From: Thalia democratica
Lineage: Eukaryota
DNA length: 64,000 nt
Direction: 5' to 3'
Assembly: GCA_965202585.1 (NCBI GenBank)
Contig: OZ241829.1
Coordinates: forward strand, 4,960,001 to 5,024,000
This document shows, piece by piece, positions 46,401 through 58,400 of this stretch. The notes under the pieces were generated by a model, which saw only the letters and a program-made list of their open reading frames with translations, was not told the DNA's origin and ran no database searches. Every line of letters begins with the position of its first letter. Position 1 is the stretch's first letter. The position numbers were made by a program, and so were the translations under genes.

Positions 46401-49400
46401 AGCTTTCGAGTATAAACCTAATTACGTATTAAGAACTACATTCATATAAAAACTCATACATATCAAAATGTAAGACAACATTAATATACTTTCAGTTGAG
46501 TTCAGAATACCAGTATCACAAGGAGTTTGAAGACAAGATCAGAGGAACTTTGCTCCGGGAACAATTGGAACACTTCCCAGAACATCAGCATGCTATGCAG
46601 GCTGTCAAACTATTTAGTAAGGTAAGTTAAAAAGTTCAAAAATTTTTTAAAGAATTAAATTTCGTTGTTTAGTTTAAATGATTTTGAAGAAGTTGATTTA
46701 AAAAATATCTAAACTTATAAAATTGAGGTACTAAATAATACTTTTATTAGATGATTTTAAAGGTAAGAATGCTTGAAAAGCATATTTCTATAAAAAAAAA
46801 AAATTTATACAAAAGTAAAAATATGTTTTAACAATTACTCGAATGCATAATTTAGATGTTTTCTTTTTAAAATGTACTGATTTTTCAGACGGCTTATAGC
46901 AAGGCAGGTAAAGAGAATTTCAGTTCCTTTACTATTCCAGAAGATATGCCTGCAATCAAGCATCCACAACAGATTGACAAACTCATCAGTACTGTGAGTA
47001 TTAACTTTTAAAAACATAATTTACACTGTAAGCTTCCAAGTTTAAAACATAATGTAGTGTTTTTTTGATAGTGATTACGATATAACTTAATAAAGATTTT
47101 GAAATGAGTCCTGCATCCAATAACATAAAAGTAGTTTTTTTAAGCTGTTATACAAATAAGTAATTTTTTTACTAGTAAAAACGCATAAGAATATTAAAAT
47201 TAAAAATAGATTCAATACAAGAAAGATGGAATGAAGGATGCTGATATGAAAGGATTTTACAAACTCAACAGCATTCAACACCCTATTGTCAAGAGAGACA
47301 TGAAATCTACTGCTACTATTAATGATGTAATTGCTATTTTATTATATCTAAATATATTATTTTTATTTATTATGCAACATCCTATTGTAAAGAGAGACAT
47401 GAAATCTACTGCTACACTGACATAATTACATTTTTACAAATCATTAAACATATTCTTAAGTTCGCAGAGTCTGTTGAACTTTTTTATTTAATTTAGTTTG
47501 TATCAAATTATTCTGTTTTAACTTGTATATTTATAAACAGCTCAAGTACAGACAAGAGTACCATGATACAAAAGCACACGTGTACTTCCCCTACAATGCA
47601 ACTCCCGAGTATATCAAGTTCATGGATACATATGATCTGTGCAAAGAAGTATGATTTATTTCAAATATTGTTTATAACAAAATTATAAAAAAACTATAAC
47701 AAAGATATTCGTTATCAATAATTATTTTAAAAATTACTTGACAAATTACACTAATTCAAATGACAATGTAAACAATTTCTTTAAAACAGCCAGATAAAGT
47801 TTTATAAGTCTTTTTTACATTCTAAAAAATTAACTATACAGAGTTGTATTTATATAACATGTTTGTTTTTATTAGGACGAATACAGGAGATGGTACAAAG
47901 AGAACATGCTCGGTGAAGGAAACTTCCCTCTAACAACCACAACTGGTTACCAGCAACTTAAAGCCCTCGAACCGTTCACTAAAGATGTGAGATATTTTTT
48001 CTTAAAAAAAGCAAATATTTTGCTGTATTAAACTGTAAAACTAATTTGTTTTACTTAAAAAGAAGTTTTTTTTTTTTAAATGAAACGCTATTTTTTTGCT
48101 TTTTTTGAGCTTCACTATGAGGTTTTATAGCTAGTGTCTAATATATTTGATAACTGAAAAAACTTCTAAACAAACTTACAATGAAAATTTTCACAGAAAC
48201 TGTATAGAGAAGAGTATGAAAATGAGAAAGCGATAGGAGAATTTAGAGGAGTTGTTGATTATCGAGAAGCTCACAACCTCGATATTGTGCAACCATTGTT
48301 CAGTTTGGTCGGTTATTTAAATATTCATTAAAACTAATTTATCAAAATATAATCATAGTTATGAAACGAATTAAACCATTAGTTTTTATTTTTACATTGT
48401 TAAAAATCTAACACACAAAGTTTTAGAAAAAATAGTGCACTTTCAAATACCTGTAGGTAAGAAATATCTATTATCAAACTAATTATTAAATCAAATTTTT
48501 GACGTTACTCACACTTAGAAATTGTTAAGAGGTGCAAAAAGTAAAACATATAAACCTAATTGTCTAATCAAATTGTTACAGAACTCATACAAGAAGCAAG
48601 CAAGGAACATCATGGGAAAATACAATTTGTCAATTGAAATGCCACAAATGGCAAATGCTCTGAGAGCCACAAACCTTGCTTCACTGGTTAGTACAACAAA
48701 TAATAAGTTTTAAAAAATTAGATTGCCTACATAAAAATACTGGACCTAATTAACCATCTAAAAAAAGTAGTTTGTGTACATAAAAAAACTACTTATTTTT
48801 AATAAGAATACAAACGAAAACGTTTAAACTGTGTTTTACAAATATAAAGCTTTTGTTCATAAAGTTATTAGTATACAGAACTATAGATTTTGCAAAACGA
48901 AGTTAATCAAATAATAAAAATTGACAACAGATTGTGTACAATAAGGAGCACAAAGACAATGATGTAGGCAAAGGAGCTTCTGGTGATTTCGGTAAATCGA
49001 AGCAAATTCAACATCCTATCAAGTCCTACAAACTTGCTGATATGGTTAGTGTATATGTTTCTACAGCGGTTAATAAAAATAATAAAAACAAGGCCAATAT
49101 CCTCTCAAACCATATAAATTTGCTGGTATAGTGAGTTTTAACACTCTAAATCGAAAGAAAATTTTAAATGTGCATTTAAGTTTTATTCTTTAAAAGTGTA
49201 TTAGCTTAAAAGCTTGTGTAGTTGTTTCTACACATCAATAAACTTTCTTTTCTTTTACTGTATATGTTTATGCTGAAACACTACATTCATCAGTGAAATA
49301 ATGCTTCTAAATTTTTTTTGATGTTTTTGCAACTAAAATAAAAAGTAATTCAAACAACCTTTTGTAGATTCGTTATGTGAAAGAAGCAGTAGGAAATCTT

Positions 49401-52400
49401 AAAGATGTCCACTACAATTTCGATGCGAAAAATATTCAACATGCTTTGGATGTATATGATCTGTCTAGTCAGGTTTGTTTAATTAAAAATTTATTAAATT
49501 TTATTTTGAATAGAAAATAAAGTACTTTCCTACTTTAACAAACATATGCATTTAATGTTTATGAGTGTTCTTTAAAGTAAACTTAAAAAGATAGTTTATA
49601 CCTAATGCAAAATTTGAATTTAAGGTTTGATAATGTAGCTAACAAAATTGAAAACTTTATTTATTGACTTATGTTGTGATTTTTTTTTTTTGTGCTGTGT
49701 AAGTTACCATTAATAAGATCTAAACGTAGATAACTAAAAGTAAATATATGTTTATAACAGATCAAGTACACCTTGGCGGGAAGAAAGATCAAAACAAATG
49801 TTAAAAACTACCAAGCTTGTGGATTCAAAGAACTTCCTAATTACAGAAGAATTCAGAAATTCAATGATTTTATCAGCTTGGTTCGTTACAAATTTGTACA
49901 AAAATTAAAACCATCTACGTACTTATTGATAAAAACTCTCAGAAGTGTAGAATAATTGCTTTCTAAATGTCAGCTTTTAAAACAATGTTTAAAAAGTTTG
50001 TAGTAACATTAGAGCTTGTATAATCAATTTGAATCTATACCAAGATATTGTTTTAATTAAAAAATATTCTTAAAAAAATACAACTCTTAAGTCCTCTTGA
50101 ACATCATTAATCTAACTGTTTTTTGTTAGAAAAAGTACCGCGAAGATTATGACAATGAAAAAGCATTGATCTACTATCCTTATGTGCTTACACCCGAATT
50201 TGAAAGTAAACAACCTTCTAACAAAGTACTCAGTCAGGTATGCTGCATATTAATACAAGCTAAATAGATAAGCTGTTTACTAGTATGTTGTTTTAGATCA
50301 AGTAAATTTAAAAAACCAGAATAAGCTTACTTAAACACATTGATTAAAACTTAAAAACCAATTGAATAAGTACGACATATCATAACTTACTTCTTTATTT
50401 TACGTTTAAGTTGCTAATTTGTTGGTCCTTTTAGTGGAATATTTTAAACATGATGTTAAACTTATATTGTTTCAGACCAAGTATCAGAAAGAGTACAATC
50501 AAGATAAACAAGATATTGAGTTCAGATACGATGAAATTGAACAGTTCCTCATCAATAAGGAACTTGATAAAGTTCTCAGCGTGGTAAGATATCAATACTG
50601 TTTTAAAGTGTTTATACAGTCATTAAACTACCTGTATCTTATATTCTAGGACTATTTTCAGCTTAAAAATGACTCATGATACTTAAGTAAAGTTAGTACT
50701 TTGAAACTTTTAAGGGTAATTTTTAAATATTTCAGAGTAAGTTTTTAAAATCTATATATTAACTAATTAACTGTATAAAAGCTTGCATTTTATGCAACTC
50801 TAAGCCTTAGAGTCTAAGACTTAAAGTTTGATTAAAAATTGTTGTTATACAATGTATTCCTAAAATTTTCAAGCTAAAAATGTTTTACAATAAATGTTTA
50901 CTATTTTTTTAAGGAGCTTACAATATGTTTTTATAGTACAACGAAAAGAGCAAACTTCGAAAACTGTGGATGACCTCATTTACTTCATTACCGGAAGGAA
51001 ACAAACAAGACATACATGTCAAGGGTGTTCAAATAAGAATCAGTAATGTTAGTTTGTATGTTTGATTAGATAAACACTTAATAAACAAACAAGACATAAA
51101 TATCAAGGGTGTTCAAATAAGAATCAGTAATGTTAGTTTCTATATCTGATTTAATAAACATTTGAAAAACAAACAAGATATGCACATAAAGGGTATAGTA
51201 TACAATTAAGAATCAGTAACGTTTGTTTTTTATGTTTAGATTAACGAACACCTTTTAAATACTTTTAGTTTAAATAACTGTTTATAATTGTCGTGAACTT
51301 AAATTTTATTATAGGGTAAAAGTGTTTGCTTAAAATCCCTATATTTAGACTTTAATACTTATTTTTTTGTTTAAAGTGTACACCCTAAGTTAAACTTAAA
51401 GATAAGTAAAATTTATAGTTTTCAAAACTTGAGTTTTATTATCAAACAGAATGTGTACAAAGATGCTGCAAAGAAAGTAATGAATATGTACAATCTGACA
51501 ATAGATATTCCAGATATTCAGAGAGCGTTGTACGCTGACTACATAGCTAGTGACGTGAGTTTAAACTGTCTGAATTACGTCATTTAAAATTTTTTTGAAA
51601 ATTTTCATAATTTTATTTTCTTATTAATACATACATGTTAGTTTTTTATTTTTTTTTCACCGACTACACATCTAGTGGCGTAAGTTTAAACTACTTTTAC
51701 TATACATATACAAAACCGAACAAAATTTCAAAGTTTATCAATGTTTGTTTTGTTAATAAAAGTTATCTGATAAGTCATCTTTATGTTGTGAATATTTTTT
51801 ACTGACTACATAGCCAGTGACGTGATTTTAAGCTGTCTGTATTACATCATAACAAATGATACATATACATATTTAAACATAGTAAAACTTTAAACTATTA
51901 CTTGAATTAAATAAAAATTAATTTTAGCTTTAAATTCTTATAGACAAACAGAATTTTTGAAAGTTGTAAAAACTTATACTTAAGAATTTGTTCATCTGCT
52001 TAAATAATTATTTAATATTTTTATTACTCTATTTCAGAATGTGTACAAGAAAGATGTAAAGAAGATGATTACCGGACTTGGTATGGACTATCACGAAAAT
52101 ATTCCGATCTTCAAGCATTTCAGAGACATGAAACCGCTGGCTAGCAAGGTTAATTGATTAACTAAGTATTTCTAGATAATAAAACCAGCTTATTTCGATA
52201 TCATGTAGTTATGTTATAGTTTATGTCAGCAATTTGTTCAAATGAAGTATTACGTAAATTTATTTGACTCAAGCTAGTTTGATTTTGATTTAACAAAAAA
52301 TCATATGATAACATATCACTTATTCCTACAAATATTTTAATAACTGCTTTTAAGCTAAACATGTACTTTGTTTAAATCTTCAGAAGTATATTAAAGCAAT

Positions 52401-55400
52401 GTTTACATTATAAAAAATTGTATAAGCAGTAAAATGCTTAAAAATTTATTAATTCATAGCCAATTAAACAAAATCGGTGTTTTATAATAAAAAGTAATTA
52501 TATAAAAAGTAAATATTTTAAAACAATCAATCACTTATACAAACATGTCAACTGAAAAGCCTGTTTAATATCAACAGAAAGCATACAGAGCGAAAGCGGA
52601 TAGGACCATGCACAAATACCAAATTGTTCCAGACGCTCCAAACTTCAAAACTGCTAAGAAGGCAGACATTCAAGCCAGCAATGTTTGTTTTTACTTTATG
52701 TTTTTTTATTATTTAATATACTTAGTTTCGATTTTTTATGCTTAAAATTTTTTAATTTGTTTATTTTTCCTTTTTGTTTTAATTTAAACCAGCGATGTTT
52801 GTTTTGCTTTTAGTTTTAATATTATTAGTTTTCTGAAGAAAATTTAAGTTTTTTTAGGTTTGTTTTAATATTTTCACTGTTCTGTAAGTTTAAAACTTAG
52901 CTATAGAATTAAAACAAGTAAATTTACTTAGGTCTAATTTAATTTTTTGTATTTAAAAGAACTTAAACATACAACTGCTGCCACTTTTTGTTTTAAGAAC
53001 AACTTCAATTTTTAAACTTTGTATATAACTGCTTTACTACTAAAAACTAACTTTGTTGCTATAAAAAATGATTTAGTAGTGAATATTTATATTTTTACAT
53101 ACTTTATTGTCATTAAAAACATTAAACTTAACTTTCTTAAGCACTTTAATGTAACTTAAACTTATTGTAATAATACAGTTTGATATCTAATAGCTGCTTT
53201 AAAGTTTTACTATAAATGTTTTAAATATTGTAAACACAAAAGTTTCACCTAAGCTAAAATAAGAAACTACATCTTTATAAGCACAGACTTGTTTTTGTAT
53301 GTTTATAGAACAAAAGTAAACCTTTTTGACTTTAAATACTTTCACAGTTTGAAATATACAAAAAATACTTAAATGTTCAAGTAGGGTATGAAACAACTTA
53401 AGTCAATCAATAAATTTAAAAACAAATACAAGTTACAAACAACTAAACATATACTCATAAATTTCAAAACTTCAGGTGAGGTACAAGTCAGACGCGTTGG
53501 ACATCCGATCAAGGACGAAGGGATACCAGATCCTGAATGCAGGAGAGAGAGGGGATGTGAAAAATGCAATGAGGGCATACAACATATTGAGTGTTAACAA
53601 GTACAGAGAGGAATATGATAGATTGAGAGATCTTGTATATTTCCCATTCGATCTTACTAAACAGTTAGTACTTGTCGAAACTATTTGTTATTCTGACAAT
53701 TTTTTACGTTGATAAAAAAATTATTCTTACTTGGCGTCGTAAACTTTTCGTTTATTTCCCCTTCGACCTCACTAACAGTACGTTAACATCTGTTTATGCT
53801 TAACTTTTTAACAACTTGGTATTAAAATGTTATCCGACAAAACAAAAACATTTGATTAAAATTTTTGCAACTAGTAACTATTTTTTTAGTTTGTTTCAGT
53901 TTTAAAATACAATTAGATATGTTTAAGTTTTTTTTGGTTTATCATTTTTAGTCCTCTGTTTAATTAATTTCATTTTTAAATGTGTAGTTGTGTAATAAAC
54001 TAAAGTTTTGCTATTGTTTGATTATTATTAACTAAAACAAGCATGAGTAAAAAAAAAAACATAACAGATACGATGCGATGGCGCAAACGATGGAGAACCA
54101 ATCGGATTCGAAATACAAGAAAGAAGCTAAAGACGAGATGCATTTGATGGAGTTCAAAATAACTGACACCGAAGAGTACCAAGTCGCTTGCAAACTCCAA
54201 GAAACAATCGGGCATGTTAGTTTCAAATGTTTATATTTATTATTAAGAGTACCAAGTCGCTTGTAAACTCCAAGAAACAATCGGACATGTAAGTGTTCAA
54301 ATGTTTATACTTATTATTAAGAGTACCAAGTCGCTTGTAAACTCCAAGAAACAATCGGACATGTTAGTTTTCAAATGTTTATATTTATTAATAAGAATAC
54401 TAAGTTGCTAGTAAACTCCAAGAAACAATCGGGCATGTAAGTAAAACTTGAATACTGTAAACATATGACATTTTAACAACTTAAACCAGTATTAAGTAGC
54501 CTGTAAACTGTATGAAGCTAATGGACATTTAAGTTTAGAAACTTTAGAAGTTATTTCCATAAGTTAAAAGAAAAATTGTAAGCTAATGTTTTTGTTTAGA
54601 AAATTGGTAAAATTTTAAATTCAAAACTGAACTTTAAGTAACTATTAAAACTTAACAAATTTTCCAGGTTGCTTACTTAGAAGAGCACTTGAACGATTTG
54701 AAACACAGTCCTTTTGTTACTGATACTCCATGGAGAGCTATACAACGAAAAAATATAAAGCAATACAGTGACGTAAGTAGTTTTACTGTGTTTAATGCAA
54801 AAATATATGTTAAATATTGATAAAAACAGCAGTTAAATACTTTACAAATGTTTTTGGAATCCTGCTTTAGTTTTTTTTTATTCTATGATTTATCGCTATC
54901 AAAACTAAGTAAGAAAAAGTTTTATTTATTTATATTGTTAGTTGGAAAAAAAACTTTTATTGGTATTGCCAAATATAGTTATATAATATTATGTTTAATA
55001 TTATACCATAACATCACTAAAACTCACAGAGAACATACCGCAAGAGCGCAAATGATGTTATGCAGATGTACTTTACAACATTAGTAATACTTTTAAAACT
55101 TTATTTATGATTCCAGAGAACATACCGCAAGAGCGCAAAGGATGTGATGCAGATGTACGATCTTATCACCGACGAGCCGAGGATGAGGCAGTTCAAACAC
55201 GCCATGCGTATATTCAGTGACAAGCTCTACAAGAAAGAGTACAATCAGAACTTGCTAGGATTCGGTGCTGACGGTCTGTATGAGACTCCGACCATGCAGA
55301 GCCATTTGAAAGCTGGAATACTCGCCAGTAACGTGAGTTTTGTTTAAAAAAGTAGTGAGTTTTTTTTTAACTTGCTTGTGTTTATATGAAGTCAGAAAGG

Positions 55401-58400
55401 TTTATAATGTTTTGGTTCATACTTGCTAGTAATTTGATTAATTTGATAAATTAGTTTAAAATGTGAAAGTGATTTTTCACAAGTAGGCAAAGTTGAAACA
55501 AACCTGCAAAATTTTATACTCTAAGTGCAAGTCAATTTAGTTTTTATATTGTTTTGATCAATTTCGTACTAATACTTTTATATACGAGCTAGCTGTAGTT
55601 AGTATTGTATAGTAAAACTTGATTCTTGATATAATATTTCATTAATTAAAAAATTTATAACCTAAACTTGTCAAAACGTTATCTTAAAATTTTTGTTTTT
55701 TTCAGATGTTTAATCTTTTTATATGCATTAACAAACAAATTTTATTCACCAGTTGCCATACCAAGAAGAAGCAAAACGTAAGAGGCAGTATGTCACATAT
55801 AAGAAGGACGCAGTGGCCATTCAACACGCTAAACATGTCAACCCTCTTGCGAGCCAAGTTAGTTATAAAAAATAAACAGATATGGTGGAAATCTACACCT
55901 AATATATTTATTTAAAAGTTGCAATAATTAAAAAATCCTACTAAGTGAGCTTTCAAAAAGTTTTAAACCAAAAAGTTAATTGATATTTTTGGAAAATACA
56001 ACCTGGATTAATAATTTTTTTAAAAATTGCTTCTTAATTTAGTGTTCTGTATATATAAAGATGTTTGAATTAAGTTTATCTTTACAGAACGTATACAAGC
56101 AAGAAGCAAAGAAACTGGTTGACAAAGCTGCTTACAACACTTTACTGTTGAAAGACAATTACTTGTTGAAGAAGTTCTACAGCATCAAGGACCAGAACTC
56201 TGAGGTTTTTTTATAAAAACTTCATAAGTAATTATAAAATTTAACTTGTTTATAAAACTTTATTAGTAATGATAAAATTTAACAAGCCTTATTTCAAGCT
56301 AGAACTCTGAGGTTTATATAGTTAAATCTAATAAAATTTGATTTTGTTTTGTATAAAAAACTTAAGTTTTAAAAGATCTTACAAATGAGTTACAGTGAAA
56401 CTTAAACAGTTAAAGATATGTTAACTATAGTTTAACAGCAATTAAAAAGTTCAAATTTCTTACTATTTGAAAAAATCGATTATTTTTAAGCTTTATTAAA
56501 AAAAAAATCTTTGCAAAACATAAGCATCACATAATACTGTTTTTTATATATTTTTTAACTTACATTATTGACTTACCTTTCAAAAATAAGTACTCATGTA
56601 GACATGTATTATACACTCATCATTATCAACATGTCTACATATTATTTTTTAATGTAGACCAAATACAAAGATGATATGTTCTTTATGCGAGGACATCTCC
56701 ATCCAGTTCCTGATACTCCGTTCAATTTGAATGCACTGGCACAAACTAACAGACAATCTGATGTAAGTTTTCATAATACAAGTAAACTTAGTTAATTTAC
56801 TATATTTCTGTTTAATTTGAATGCATTAGCACAAACTAACAGACAATCTGATGTAAGTTTTCAAAATATAAGTAGTATGGTAGAAGCCATTATTAAAAAA
56901 GATCTTAAAAGTTGTAAAACTTTCTACGGAACTTAAGTTTATCTACTTAATCTGAATAACAACGACAGTAATTTTCTATAGTTGTTGTCTAAACATAACC
57001 TTTTTAACCACAGAACGTCTACAAATCCGATTTGAAAACTGAGATCCAAGGAGTTGGTATTACTGATGTTGAAGCAGTTCAGTTCGAACATCAAAGAAAA
57101 ATGAAAACCGTTCATGATGAGGTATAGTTGACTTAATAAACTTGTTTTGCTTTACATTTGATAGAATGTTTATTTTTTGTGCAAATAGTTTTGTTTTCTC
57201 TAATGATTATAAGTATACAATTACTCCAATAATGCAGTTTTCTTATTATTAAAACGTAACAATTGGTTGTTTTCAGTTGGACTTAAACATCTATTTTACT
57301 TTAAAACAATTAAAAAAGCTCAGATCAAGTACTATTTACTAATAACAATAAAACTATTCTACTCAATTAAACAATCTGTATAATTGTAAAACTATACAAC
57401 TAAACACTTTAACTTTTCAAACAGAATGCATACAGAGAGGAAGTTTTGCACGAGTTACCGTTCTGGGAGTCTGAGGAGGCCGGAAACACTCCATTTGCTT
57501 TGAAAGCAAGAGAAGCAAATATCCTCACTAGCAAGGTTTGTTAAAAAATATTATTCAATTATTTAAACACTCCATTAGCTTTGAAAGCAAGAGAAGCTAA
57601 TATCCTTACTAGCAAGGTTTGTTGAAAACATTATTAAATTTAATTTGACAGGCTTATTTTAAATACTATATTTGCTTTGAAAGCAAGAGAAGCTAATATC
57701 CTCACTAGCAAGGTTTGTTAAAAAATTCAATTTAATTCGTACACTTATTTTAAACACTTCGTTTGCTTTGAAAGCAAGAGAAGCAAATATATTGGCCAGC
57801 AAAGTTTGTAAAGACATATTTATTTTAAGCAATATGACTTTTTAGTTAGATCCTTTATGCAGAATGAACAAATCAAGTTGTGCTGTTTATTTACAAGCAA
57901 ATTTTTATTTTAAAATTGAATAAGTTTTTAAAATTATTTCGGATAAACTTTAATGTACATATATTCTCAGAACAAGTACAAAGAACAGTACGAGCAAGAG
58001 AAAGGAAAAGGATGCAACGAATACACACCGTTCATGCTGAAAGCTCAAGAAGCAAATGAGGTAAACTACAACTAACTAATTGATTAATGTATTTTTACTG
58101 TTATTTGATTTAAAAAAAAACAAACCATTAACACTGCAAGCTGAAGAAGCAAACGAGGTAAGATAAAAAACTTGAATAAATTGAATAGATTTATACCAAC
58201 AAATAACTCAACAGCTTGCTAGTGAGAACTTGTACAAGGAGGAACACAAACAAGACCTTCAAGTCTCACCAGAGTACAGCTACCTCGACACAACACCGGC
58301 TATCGAGAAGGCTACTGAAGCTAATCAGTATGCCAGTGAGGTTTGTAAAATATTGTGATAATTTTTGTACTCTACTATTTTGTTAGCCAAGCTTAAAGAA

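Larger units (their letters stand above)
1..55332 (+). repeat. Tandem array of ~26 genomic super-repeat units (each 7 nebulin modules, ~252-253 aa, 1.3-3.3 kb of DNA)
   Basis: Exon-length series 269/120/102/108/157-160 nt recurs every unit (A,B,C,D,E). In later units A is split 164+105. Confidence 0.92.
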
